Positions 39,845 to 49,667 of a DNA stretch of 64,000 bases are shown piece by piece; the stretch's first letter is position 1, and the number at the start of each line of letters is the position of its first letter. This stretch comes from an uncultured Lachnospiraceae bacterium (GTDB lineage: Bacteria > Bacillota > Clostridia > Lachnospirales > Lachnospiraceae): contig CAJUAA010000013.1 in assembly GCA_910584205.1 (NCBI GenBank), positions 7,197 through 71,196 of the forward strand, given 5' to 3'. Position numbers and translations under genes: made by a program. A model generated the notes under the pieces. It saw only the letters and a program-made list of their open reading frames with translations, searched no databases and had not been told where the DNA came from.

Positions 39845-41716
39845 CTATGCAGCTCCTGTCAGGTATTCCTGAATCACGATCTGGTAAAACGGGGACTTCC
39901 AGTCTTCCCGTTTCAGCTTTTCATACCATTCCCGGCGCGCTTCCTCACCCAGATAATCGAACAGAATACAGAAAAATCCGACATCGTCGTTTTCATAAGC
40001 CCGGGCTGCGTACGAATTGACCAGCGCTTCCTCCAGGCGTCCGTCTTCATGCAGGCATCCCAGCACAATGGACAGGACCGCCGCATGATCCTGTTCAAAC
40101 GCTTTTTCCAGATAGTCCTTCTGACGGTCTGCGGACAATTCTGAAATCATGGCTGAGAAACAGCCCATCTCGTCTTCTTCATAATATTTTGCCGTCAGGC
40201 CCTCCACGTCATATCCCACCTCTTCCACACTGCTGATTATGGGACGCCGGATCCCGGACACCCGGCTGCCGTCCCTGCTCCGGAATTCTGAAAACTGCCT
40301 GCCAAGAACCTCCAGAAACGCTTCGTCCTCCATCCGGTCCCGGGCAGAATCCGCAAAGGATACATACAGCCTCTCCCCGTCCTCCAATGTAATTTCCTTT
40401 CCTGCGTACTGTGCTGCCGCTTCCTCCTTCAGATCGTAACCCACGAAAAACAGATACGGTGCCTGATAAAACACGCTCTGATAAAAGTTCCCGTCAAAAA
40501 CGCCGGAAGTCAGCGGCCTTTCATTTTCTGCATCTCCTCCGCCGAAAAAACGAAGCGTTTCCGCATCGTTCTTTTCCCTATCCGTTCCCTCCGCATACGT
40601 TTCCTCCGTCTTCGGCCCGGCATACGCTCCAAGAACCGCAGCGCTTCCTGTCACCCCCACGGCCAGCGCCATGGAAAGCGCTCTCACCCATCCTGTTTTT
40701 TTCCGATACGCCATGATCGCCTCCAGCCTCTCTTTTAAACGTTTTCCGCTCTCGTGCAGCGTCACCGCCCCCGCGCGGTGCACCCAGGGGCTGCAGGATC
40801 CCGCCGCGCCAAGCAGTGTGTCTCCATACGTTCTTTTTTCCTCTGCTGCCAGCATGTCCAGCACCGCCTCGTCACAGGCAAGCTCGCACACCCGGTCCAT
40901 TTCCCGCTCCAGAAGCCGTACAAAAGGATTAAACCAGTGCAGGCAGACCGCAAGCTGCACCAGCCATTTGCAGCAGACGTCCCGCCTGCGATAATGGGAC
41001 AGCTCATGCATCACGGTATAGCGGAACTCCTTCTCCGGCAGCTGCTCCGAGGGAAGGATCACCACGGGACGTACCCAGCCCATCAGCAGCGGTGAGGACA
41101 GCATGGGATGGATCCAAAGCTCCACCGTCCCTCTGATCCCCATCTCCTCCGCAATCTGTCCAAACCGCTCCAGCAGCTCCGGCTTTGCAGGCACACCGCC
41201 TGCACGGGCGTACTGTGCAAAACTCTGATAGACGGTGATTTTCCGGATCAGCAGGAGCGCTGCCACTGCCAGCCAGAGAACGCCCGCATGTCTCAGAAGT
41301 CCGTCCGCGACCCGGAACGCCGACAAAGAGGCCTTATATCCCTGCTCCTCCGGACCTGAAGCCCCATCACCGCTTCTGTCAGCTTCCTCTGTATCTTCAG
41401 ACCTTTTCTCCATCAGTGGAGATACATCCGCTGCCTCTGATTCCGGCAAGTCCGACTCTGCCGGCACGGCTTCGAAATCCTCCTGCTGCCAGACGGCCTG
41501 CCCCGCATGGCGCTCCAGCTCTGCCAGCGCGCTGCCGGTCACATTAATCTCCATGGAAAACGGCACCAGCAGCCGCGCCACCGCCACCAGCCATATAGAA
41601 TACTGCCACCGCCGGCTGAATTTCTTCCGAAACACCCGGCAGAGCAGAAAAATACTGATGATCATCACTGTTCCGGAAAGCGACAGGGACAGGACCACCT
41701 TCCACATTTCATTCAT
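39845..41716 (-). CDS. M56 family (BlaR1/MecR1-like) membrane metallopeptidase
   Basis: W....RLLVP, SPLLMG, HELSH, HWFNP, ELACDE and LKERL motifs; follows the BlaI gene. Confidence 0.9.
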   Translation of the reverse strand: MNEMWKVVLSLSLSGTVMIISIFLLCRVFRKKFSRRWQYSIWLVAVARLLVPFSMEINVTGSALAELERHAGQAVWQQEDFEAVPAESDLPESEAADVSPLMEKRSEDTEEADRSGDGASGPEEQGYKASLSAFRVADGLLRHAGVLWLAVAALLLIRKITVYQSFAQYARAGGVPAKPELLERFGQIAEEMGIRGTVELWIHPMLSSPLLMGWVRPVVILPSEQLPEKEFRYTVMHELSHYRRRDVCCKWLVQLAVCLHWFNPFVRLLEREMDRVCELACDEAVLDMLAAEEKRTYGDTLLGAAGSCSPWVHRAGAVTLHESGKRLKERLEAIMAYRKKTGWVRALSMALAVGVTGSAAVLGAYAGPKTEETYAEGTDREKNDAETLRFFGGGDAENERPLTSGVFDGNFYQSVFYQAPYLFFVGYDLKEEAAAQYAGKEITLEDGERLYVSFADSARDRMEDEAFLEVLGRQFSEFRSRDGSRVSGIRRPIISSVEEVGYDVEGLTAKYYEEDEMGCFSAMISELSADRQKDYLEKAFEQDHAAVLSIVLGCLHEDGRLEEALVNSYAARAYENDDVGFFCILFDYLGEEARREWYEKLKREDWKSPFYQIVIQEYLTGAA

Positions 41717-42089
41717 GCAGCTCACCCGCTTTCTCCCAGTAACGTCTCAGTTCTTCATAATCTTCCTCCGTCAGGCAGTCGGTCCGGATCAAAGCGGACA
41801 CCAGCCCCTTGACATCTCCCTCATAGATCTTATTCACAAAATGTTCCGTCTGCGTGATCCGGTATTCGTTCTCCGACACCAGCGCCGTATATTGATTCCG
41901 CCGGCCGATCTTGCCGGTTTTCAGATACCCCTTGTCCACCAGTCGGGACAGAAGGGTAATAATCGTATTTTTCGTCCAGTCCATCCCCTTCCCGGACAGA
42001 GCTTCCACGATCTGGGCGTACAGCGCCGTCCCTCCGTTCCCCCATATGGCTTTCATAAGCTCCAGTTCATAATCTGATACCTGCTGCAT
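41709..42089 (-). CDS. BlaI/MecI/CopY family repressor
   Basis: SDYELELMKAIW, WTKNTIITLLSRLVDKG and Y.ALVSE.EY motifs. Confidence 0.92.
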   Translation of the reverse strand: MQQVSDYELELMKAIWGNGGTALYAQIVEALSGKGMDWTKNTIITLLSRLVDKGYLKTGKIGRRNQYTALVSENEYRITQTEHFVNKIYEGDVKGLVSALIRTDCLTEEDYEELRRYWEKAGELHE

Positions 42090-42156
42090 GATGTTCCTCC
42101 TTTCCTATCCTGTTTCCATACACTGCCGCATGATAAAAACCGTGCGCAGCACATTT

Positions 42157-42212
42157 AAGCGTACAAAGTGTTATCCTGTTTTTAAGATAACACTTTGTAC
42201 GCTTATTGTCAA
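42157..42212 (-). promoter_or_regulatory. sigmaA promoter overlapped by a perfect 19-bp inverted repeat (putative BlaI-family operator)
   Basis: AAGCGTACAAAGTGTTATC-N10-GATAACACTTTGTACGCTT; TTGACA-17 nt-TATCTT on the minus strand. Confidence 0.8.
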
Positions 42213-42317
42213 TACAAACGAAATATCTTTTTTCGACAGCCGCTCCGTCAGACGTTTCGCTGTCAGTCGCTTTGCTGTCTTCCACCCGGTGATCCGGACA
42301 GTTTCCGCCTGTCCCGT

Positions 42318-44045
42318 TCATACGCCCGGCACTGCCGTCACTCTGCCGTCTTCCACCCGGTAGATCCGGTCGCACGCCGCCAGCGTGCCGGTCCTGTGGG
42401 CGATCATCAGGAGCGTACAGCTCCCTCTCAGATGCTCCACCGCGTCCATCACGGCGCGCTCGGTCTCTGCATCCAGCGCGGAGGTGGCCTCGTCCAGCAC
42501 CAGGATCTCCGGCTCCTGATAGAGCGCCCGGGCGATGCCGATCCGCTGTCTCTGCCCGCCGGACAGACGGACTCCCGCTTCCCCGATCCGGGTATCCAGC
42601 CCGTCTTTCAGCGACCGGACAAAATCCTCCAGCTGCGCCCTTCGAAGGGCGGACCACACCCGCGTTTCGTCGATCATGGAGTCCGGAATCCCAAAGGCCA
42701 CGTTTCTCCGGATCGTATCGTCCGACAGATAGATGCTCTGCGGAATATAGCCCAGCTTCCGACCCCAGCTTTCTTTGTAAGCCCGGATGTCCTGATCCCC
42801 GTAGAGAATCCTGCCTCCGTCCGGACGCAGCAGGCCGAGAAACAGGTCTACAAATGTCGTCTTTCCGGCCCCGGAACTTCCGGTGAACCCCACGGAACTT
42901 CCCACCGGAATCTCCACATCCACATGAGAAAGGATCTCTCTACCGCTTCCCGGATAATGAAATGAGACGTCCCGGAAGGAAATTTTCTCCGCCGGCTCCA
43001 GTTCTTCATATATCTTTTTGGAACGCGTCTCTGACGGACACAGTCCCGCCTTCTCCATCCCCTCGTAGATCCGGCTGACGGAAGGCGCCAGAAAGAAAAT
43101 GTTGGTAAGCAGCCGGTTTACCTGGTTCACGGAAGGCAGCAGGCGGAACGCCGCAACCGCGAACACCGAAAGCTGCGGCACCAGCTCCCGGATCTCCACG
43201 CCCATGCAGAGCCTTACAAGCACCACGCCCAGAATCCCGCACACGCAGACGGTTTCAATCAAATATCTGGGCACATACTGCAGAAGCTGGCTCCGCTTCA
43301 GGCTGGAGGCGTAGTGTCTGCCGTTTTCTTCATACGCCCGGACAAAATACGCTTCCCTCGTCATCAGCTTGATCTCCTTGATCCCGCCCAGCGCCTGATG
43401 GACCGCCTGGAGCATCCGGCTGTTGTAGATCTGGTTCTGCCGACCGTACGCCTCCGCCCGTCCCCGCATGCATCCAACCAAAAACAGAGAGCACAAACCC
43501 AGAAGCGCCACGACCACCAGAGAAATCACCGGGTCTTTTAAAAACAGAAACACCGAGATCATGGCGATCATCAGGAGATCCGAGACCAGCTCCATTCCAT
43601 ACAGGATCAGGTCGTACAGCTTGTTCACCTCAAAGGTCACATTCTGCAGCACCTCGGACGAATTTTTCTCCAGATGGAACGGATACGGCTTTTCCATATA
43701 GCTTCTCATGAGCCTTCCCGAAAGTTCCAGCCGATTGTTAAAAATAAAACGAAGTTCCGCCATCTTCATCAGAAGCAGGTAACTGTTTTTCAAAAGATAG
43801 ACCAGGATCAGAAGCCCTCCGGTTGCAAAGAGCCGTTCCCTCCCCGACGACGCCGGAAGCAGCCGTTCCAACAGTAAAAACATCCCGCCGTCCTGCCCCT
43901 CCGGGTCCATCACCAGCTGCACGAAGGGCAGAACCAGGGAGACGCCCAGAAATTCCAGCAGGGAACCCACAAACAGAATCCCGAACAGCAGGACGAACGT
44001 TACTTTCTGTTTTCTGGAAAATATCACCCGAAGTTTATGGATCAC
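42318..44045 (-). CDS. ABC exporter, fused permease/ATP-binding protein
   Basis: N-terminal TM domain; GSSGAGKTT, LSGGQRQR, LDEATSALD and AHR motifs. Confidence 0.93.
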   Translation of the reverse strand: MIHKLRVIFSRKQKVTFVLLFGILFVGSLLEFLGVSLVLPFVQLVMDPEGQDGGMFLLLERLLPASSGRERLFATGGLLILVYLLKNSYLLLMKMAELRFIFNNRLELSGRLMRSYMEKPYPFHLEKNSSEVLQNVTFEVNKLYDLILYGMELVSDLLMIAMISVFLFLKDPVISLVVVALLGLCSLFLVGCMRGRAEAYGRQNQIYNSRMLQAVHQALGGIKEIKLMTREAYFVRAYEENGRHYASSLKRSQLLQYVPRYLIETVCVCGILGVVLVRLCMGVEIRELVPQLSVFAVAAFRLLPSVNQVNRLLTNIFFLAPSVSRIYEGMEKAGLCPSETRSKKIYEELEPAEKISFRDVSFHYPGSGREILSHVDVEIPVGSSVGFTGSSGAGKTTFVDLFLGLLRPDGGRILYGDQDIRAYKESWGRKLGYIPQSIYLSDDTIRRNVAFGIPDSMIDETRVWSALRRAQLEDFVRSLKDGLDTRIGEAGVRLSGGQRQRIGIARALYQEPEILVLDEATSALDAETERAVMDAVEHLRGSCTLLMIAHRTGTLAACDRIYRVEDGRVTAVPGV

Positions 44046-44488
44046 AGTTGTTTCCTCCTTTTATACTGCTCCAGCAGCGCGTTGTACATATGCGCCCGGC
44101 AGCGGTTGAACAATTCGAATCCCCCGCAGCCAAGAAGGCCGGCAAAAAGCATCAGAAGCGGCACGGCAGGGCCGGTTCCCGTCTCATACAGCATTTCTGA
44201 TACATACAGGCAGCCGGACCCCCAGATTCCGGCCGTACACAGGTACAGGAAAAGCCGAAACGTATACGGCAGCCCTTCCAGAAGGGTGCTTCCCAGCAGA
44301 AGCCTCTGGGCAAGGATGCTTCCCAGAGAAAAGAACAGAAGCCCCCACATCATGCCCGCATGGAAGGGGATCCGTTCCGGAAACGCCGCCTGCGCCAGAA
44401 GATAACCGACGGACAGCGCCGTGAACAGATACGAGGTATAGACGGCGACCGGTTTGCACAGCCGGTACAGCCTGACAACATATTTCAT
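44042..44488 (-). CDS. four-TM membrane protein, putative LytTR-regulator inhibitor
   Basis: GGAGGAG RBS before MKYVVRLY; four hydrophobic helices and a YN..LEQYK C-terminus; directly after the LytTR-only gene. Confidence 0.7.
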   Translation of the reverse strand: MKYVVRLYRLCKPVAVYTSYLFTALSVGYLLAQAAFPERIPFHAGMMWGLLFFSLGSILAQRLLLGSTLLEGLPYTFRLFLYLCTAGIWGSGCLYVSEMLYETGTGPAVPLLMLFAGLLGCGGFELFNRCRAHMYNALLEQYKRRKQL

Positions 44489-44502
44489 ACGCGCTCCTCC
44501 TC

Positions 44503-44955
44503 TCACAGACATCCAAGTTTTTCCTTGATCTGCTTTGCGTACTGGCGGGACACGTTCAGCCGTTCCCCGTTGGTCATGGTCACCTGCATGGTTCCCCCGA
44601 ACTCCGGCTTCAGGGACTGGATCCGGTTGAAATTGATGATGGACGATCTGGAAGCCCGGAAGAAATCGCAGCTTTCCAGACGGCCCTCCAGCTCGTACAG
44701 CCGAAGGGGCGTCTCGTACACCTCTTCCTCCGTATACAGAAAAGTCTTTTTTTCCACCGTATCGATATACAGAATCCGGCTCACATCCAGAAGGTACGTC
44801 TGGCCGTCCCGATAACCGGTCAGCTTCCGGTCCGCCATCCGGAACATCTCCAGCATGCGGATCACCGACTCGTTTGTCTGCCTGCACCGGATGGTGATCT
44901 CCATCTCCTGTACCGACGCGTCCTCTTCTATCCGGATCTTCACGTTCCCCTGCAC
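44503..44955 (-). CDS. LytTR-domain transcriptional regulator lacking a receiver domain
   Basis: KIRIEED...EITI.C, ILYIDTVEKKTF, RLYELE, FFRASRSSIIN and VSRQY motifs; start at GTG 44955 or 44943. Confidence 0.85.
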   Translation of the reverse strand: MQGNVKIRIEEDASVQEMEITIRCRQTNESVIRMLEMFRMADRKLTGYRDGQTYLLDVSRILYIDTVEKKTFLYTEEEVYETPLRLYELEGRLESCDFFRASRSSIINFNRIQSLKPEFGGTMQVTMTNGERLNVSRQYAKQIKEKLGCL

Positions 44956-44978
44956 CCCGCTTTCCTTACTTTTCTGAC

Positions 44979-45049
44979 AGTATAGACGACTTTTGCCAGG
45001 CGCGCAATCCCCACAGGCGCAAGCTGTCAAAAACCGGCGCCAGGCTGTC
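44979..45049 (-). promoter_or_regulatory. -10 box plus 21-bp-period direct repeats (LytTR-type sites)
   Basis: TATACT at 44984-44979; GACAGCCTGGCGCC and GACAGCTTGCGCC beginning at 45049 and 45028. Confidence 0.6.
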
Positions 45050-45149
45050 GATTTTCCCGCTTAAAAGGCCATACGGCCCGGACATTTCTGTATCTTTTTC
45101 ATATACTTCCCGTAGTATACCCCGGCGCAGATCCCCGGAAGCAGAAGCT

Positions 45150-45884
45150 TCAAAAAGGATACAGGTCCCGAGCATCGGCGCCCCCACAGGGACGACCAGA
45201 AAAGAGCAGGACAGGGAGATCAGAAACGTCAGGCAGCCCAGTACCAGCTGGATCCGGTACTGTCCCATGGACTGAAGCGCACAGCGGCAGACATACAGCA
45301 CTGCCATCGGCGGATATCCCAGACTGATGATCCGAAGCTGCGCTGCCCCGGCAGCCACAAGCTGCCCGGACGTCCCTTCTCCCGCCGTCCACCGGATCAG
45401 CGCTTCTCCGCCGGCCAGGAAAAGCGCCGAGCAGCCCCTTTACGCCCACCGGAAACGCGCCCAGAAAAATCAGCCGCAGATACGCGCACGATTCCCGGCT
45501 CAGTTCCTCCTGCACATTGGCTGCGGGAAGAACCATCTGCGGAAAAAGCGCGGCAAAAACCACCGGCGCATATACGGCCAGAATGATATACAGCGCTCCC
45601 CCGAAGGCGCGGTCTACCCGGTCTACCCGTTCTCTCTGCCCGCTTCCGACGCAGCGGCTGAAATAAAAGCCCGCACCGGATGCCATACCGCCGAACAGAT
45701 TGGAGATCAAGCCGTTGAACCCGCTGCACGCGCCGATAACTGCCACGGCTTCCATATTGACCGTCCGTCCCAGAATCGCAGCATTGACCACCGCATACAT
45801 GTACTGAAACCCTCCGGACAGCATGAGCGGCAAAAGAAATCCCCAGACAGCCCTGTTATTCTGTTTTACCGTAAAATCCAGCAT
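45150..45884 (-). pseudogene. MATE efflux transporter remnant
   Basis: N-terminal LPLMLS..FQ.MY..V...ILGR....EAVAVIG; switches frame near 45430 to LRIIS...LYVCRCALQSMG; far shorter than a 12-TM MATE. Confidence 0.7.
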
Positions 45885-45914
45885 ATTCTCTCCCGGGGCC
45901 TCCTTTCCCGCGCT

Positions 45915-47006
45915 TCACATCCGGCTCCTAAGCAGTTTCTTCTCGATCCGTTTCGCCGGATCGAGGTCGAACGTATGTTTGTTCAGGAGTTCTAAAGCGA
46001 TACCGTACTGCTCCTGCGCCTTTTCCCTGTACCCGTTTCTCATGTACCGGTCTCCGGCCAGCTCTCTGGCTTCGATCATCTCCACATGTCCGCCCATGGT
46101 ATACAGCTCCAGCCCATCCAGCATTTCCTCCGTAATGGCAAGCGCTTCCCGGTCTCTTCCCTGCTCTTCCCTGCTTTTTCAGATGAAAAGCGGCCAGAAG
46201 TCCTTTTTTAAATTCCAGTAAATCCTTTTTCCACCCGATCCCGTTCTCCCCCGCCCCCAGAGAACGCATCTTCATGACCAGCGGAAGTGTCAGATAATGG
46301 ATTTTCTCTGCATAGTCCCAGAGTTCCTCCCGTTGGGTTCCGGTGAGCCTGCCCGGCGCATGGCATTCCAGCAGCTGTTCCAGTTCTTCTTTTTCCTGAA
46401 AAGGCCGGATCTCCAGCGATACGGGAAAAAGCGCCTCATTCCGCTTTCTTCCTGCGACCAGAATATGGCCCGGAAGCTCCAGAAACGACTGCATCTCCCG
46501 GTCCCGCTCCCGGTCGGACAGATTGCAGTTGTCCAAAACCACCAGCGTATGCTGCCTCTGTACACGATTGTCATCCGCCATCAGGCTGCGGATGGAGCCG
46601 TATAATACAGGAACAGCACGTTTTCGTATTCCTGTACGTACCGCTCTGCATAGGCGGCCGCAACCGTCGTCTTTCCCACGCCGCCCATGCCGTACAGAAA
46701 AACCGGGCCTCTGCCCTCTTCCAGACAGCTCCGTATATACGCCAGCTCCTTCTCCCGTCCCGCAAAGTACTGCATATGCCCGGGTCTTACGGACTTAAGC
46801 GTGTAGATCCCCTTTTCCCGGAGCCTTTTGTCCTCCTCTTCCCAATCCCGAAGCGCTTTTTCATACGCCTCCTCTGTCCGGAAACCGGCGGGCGTATCCC
46901 TGTACTTCCATCTCAGATGAATCATATCCCGAAGCAGCGTATGGCACTCCAGCCGGTACTCCAGTTCCTTTTCGCAGCTTTTCCTGTCCTTTGTTGATTT
47001 CTTCAT
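45915..47006 (-). pseudogene. fragmented P-loop NTPase (NB-ARC/STAND-like) gene with helical C-terminus
   Basis: FAGREKEL...LYGMGGVGKT in one frame, LVVLDN (Walker B) and LPL in a second, and a TPR-like tail in a third. Confidence 0.7.
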
Positions 47007-47027
47007 ATCCCGGCAGCTCCCGCCCGG

Positions 47028-48380
47028 TTACCGCACAGGAAAGCGTTCCGGCATCCGGATCTCCGCCCGGCTCCGGATACTCTCCGCCCGGACCTTCGCC
47101 TCCTGGATCAGCGCCTCTTCGTCAAAGGTCAGGATCTTCCGGTCCCTCATGAGCCATTTCCCGTTACAGACGGTGCTTTCCACGTTGGTGGAATGCATGG
47201 AAGTTACCAGATTGGCGATTGGGTCGTGCATGGGCTGCATTCCCACGGAATCCGGATTGATGATGATCAGGTCCGCCTTTTTGCCCGGCTCCAGACTGCC
47301 GTAAAGCGCTCCGTCCTGCAGCGCCTCCGCTCCGTTTGCAGTGGCCATCCGAAGGATTTCCTGCGCCTTTACCACCGTGGGGTCCAGACGCCAACCCTTG
47401 TGGATCAGGGACGTCACCCACATCTCGTCCACCATGTCCATCCGGTTGTTGGTGGGAGCCCCGTCCGTTCCGATGGCCACGCAGATCCCCTCCCGCAGCA
47501 TCCGCGGCACCTTGGCAAAGCCCAGCACCCGCATGGCGGAGGCCGGATTGTGAGAAACCTTGACGCTGTAATCCCGGAACATCTCCACCTCCTCATGGGT
47601 CAGCCATACGGTGTGCGCGGCCAGCAGGTTCGGCCCCAGAAATCCCAGATCCTTAAGATGCGTCACGGTCTGTACGCCCAGCCGCTCCTTCACATAGTCC
47701 ACTTCGGATTTCGCCTCCGCCACATGCATATGGATCCCCACGCCGTACCGGTCCGCCAGCTCCTTTGTCCCAAGCAGCAGATCGTCCGTGGCGTTGAAGA
47801 TCGTCCGGACCCCGAACCAGACCTCCACCCGGCCGTCCGCCGTCCCGTGAAATCTCCGGATGTCCTCCTCCTGCCGCTCCAGCTCCTCCCGGGTGCTCCG
47901 CTGCCACGCCTTCGGCAGTCCCTCCCCGCAGTCCATGACCGAATGCGCCAGCTTCGCCCGGATCCCGGCCTCCTCTATGGCCTTTGCCATACCGGATACA
48001 AACTGTCCGCCCGGCTCCGCGATGGCCGTTACGCCCGCTTTGATCTGCTCCGCCGCACAGAACAGCGTGGAGATATAGGAATCCTCCTCGGTCATATGAC
48101 TTTCATAAGGCCAGATCCGGTCATGAAGCCAGGTCAGCAGATCCACGTCGTCCGCCAGTCCTCTTGCCAGCTGCTGGGACGTATGCACATGGGTATTGAC
48201 CAGTCCCGGAAGAATGATCTTTCCTGTCAGATCCAGCACCTCATCGCAGGTACTTTCATCCACCGGCTCCGCTCCCGCCTGCACGATCCGGTCATCCTCA
48301 AACAGCAGGTTTCCGTCAGAATAGACCTGCCCTTCTTCGTTCATGGTCACGATCATGGCGTGTTTTAATAATGTTCTCAT
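47028..48380 (-). CDS. amidohydrolase (MTA/SAH deaminase, AtzA/TrzA-like family)
   Basis: PGLVNTHVH, HMHVAE, AHTVWL, GTDG and GSLEPGKKAD motifs. Confidence 0.9.
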   Translation of the reverse strand: MRTLLKHAMIVTMNEEGQVYSDGNLLFEDDRIVQAGAEPVDESTCDEVLDLTGKIILPGLVNTHVHTSQQLARGLADDVDLLTWLHDRIWPYESHMTEEDSYISTLFCAAEQIKAGVTAIAEPGGQFVSGMAKAIEEAGIRAKLAHSVMDCGEGLPKAWQRSTREELERQEEDIRRFHGTADGRVEVWFGVRTIFNATDDLLLGTKELADRYGVGIHMHVAEAKSEVDYVKERLGVQTVTHLKDLGFLGPNLLAAHTVWLTHEEVEMFRDYSVKVSHNPASAMRVLGFAKVPRMLREGICVAIGTDGAPTNNRMDMVDEMWVTSLIHKGWRLDPTVVKAQEILRMATANGAEALQDGALYGSLEPGKKADLIIINPDSVGMQPMHDPIANLVTSMHSTNVESTVCNGKWLMRDRKILTFDEEALIQEAKVRAESIRSRAEIRMPERFPVR

Positions 48381-48558
48381 AAATCCTGTTCCTTTCCCTG
48401 TCTGAATTTCCGTCTTTTCTGCAACATAAGCTTCTGTTTTGAATTATGAAAATTATAACACGAAAGAGAACCGGAGACAATCCGGCATTCCATTGGGGGC
48501 TTTTCAATCCTTCTGCCGCCTGATACAATAGAACCAACAGACCGGAGGAGGAAAAACC

Positions 48559-49281
48559 ATGCGATATATCGTTTCAGACATACACGGCTGCTATGAGGAA
48601 TACCGGGAGTTACTGGAAAAACTCCGGTTTTCGGACAACGACACCCTCTACGTCCTCGGAGACGCCATGGACCGGGGGCCGGAGCCCATCCGGGTGATCC
48701 AGGACATGATGTCAAGGGACAATGTGGTCTATCTCGTCGGAAACCATGACTATATGATGCTGCGCACGCTGAAAAGGCTGGCGGTAGAGATCACGAAGGA
48801 AAACTGCGAAACCCATCTGACCACCGAAGACCTTCTGAACTGCTACTACTGGATCCAGGACGGCGGCAGAATCACGTCCGACCAGTTCCGGATACTGCCC
48901 CGGGACGAGCAGCAGGAGATCCTCGACTATGTGGGCAACGCGCTGCTGTACGAGGTGCTGGAAGAACGCGGCCGGGAGCTGATTCTGGTTCACGCCGGAA
49001 TCCGGGGATTTGAAGAGGAAAAAGATCTGGACGACTATGACGTCTTTGATTTCATCTATGAACGGGCAGACTATGGACGAAGATATTATCAGCATCCCCA
49101 TAAGCTCCTGGTGACCGGACATACGCCGACCCTCCTGATCCACCCGGACGGACAGCCGCTTGTCTATCAGGGCAACGGACACATCGCCGTCGACTGCGGC
49201 TGCGTGTTCGGCGGACAGCTGGCCGCATACTGCGTGGAGACAGAAGAGACCGTCTACGTAAAAAGCAGGCAGAAAAAATAA
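48559..49281 (+). CDS. metallophosphoesterase (PrpA/PrpB-like Ser/Thr phosphatase)
   Basis: SDIHG, GDAMDRG, GNHD, VHAG, GHTPT and DCG motifs. Confidence 0.92.
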   Translation: MRYIVSDIHGCYEEYRELLEKLRFSDNDTLYVLGDAMDRGPEPIRVIQDMMSRDNVVYLVGNHDYMMLRTLKRLAVEITKENCETHLTTEDLLNCYYWIQDGGRITSDQFRILPRDEQQEILDYVGNALLYEVLEERGRELILVHAGIRGFEEEKDLDDYDVFDFIYERADYGRRYYQHPHKLLVTGHTPTLLIHPDGQPLVYQGNGHIAVDCGCVFGGQLAAYCVETEETVYVKSRQKK

Positions 49282-49366
49282 CCCGCAGGACACATCCTGA
49301 TCTGTTAAAACGCCGACGTATGTGCTATACTATATTTCATCATCATTACTTAGGAGGAATCAGAAT

Positions 49367-49609
49367 ATGTTTGGACTTATCATCGGACTGTTTACCGGGG
49401 GAATCGCCGGATGGCTGGCAGGAAAGATCATGAACAACGAAGGAAGCGTGCTGCGCAACATCCTGCTCGGTATTGTAGGAGGCATCGTGGGAAATGTGGT
49501 GCTGGGACTCATCGGCATTCATGGAAGCGGACTGATCGGAAGCATTATCGTGGCCGTGGTCGGTTCCTGCATCGTCATCTGGCTGGTGAACAATCTTTCC
49601 GGCCGCTGA
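49367..49609 (+). CDS. GlsB/YeaQ/YmgE family membrane protein
   Basis: AGGAGG RBS; GWLAGKIM...NILLGIVGG...IIVAVVGS. Confidence 0.88.
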   Translation: MFGLIIGLFTGGIAGWLAGKIMNNEGSVLRNILLGIVGGIVGNVVLGLIGIHGSGLIGSIIVAVVGSCIVIWLVNNLSGR

Positions 49610-49667
49610 AAAAGAACCATTAACCGCAGTCCGTCATCTTAACAAAATCATCAAAAGGAGAATTAAT

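Noticed and set aside
48381..48558. Purine or SAM riboswitch ahead of the amidohydrolase
   Set aside because: Short leader after TGTTATAAT with no aptamer consensus.
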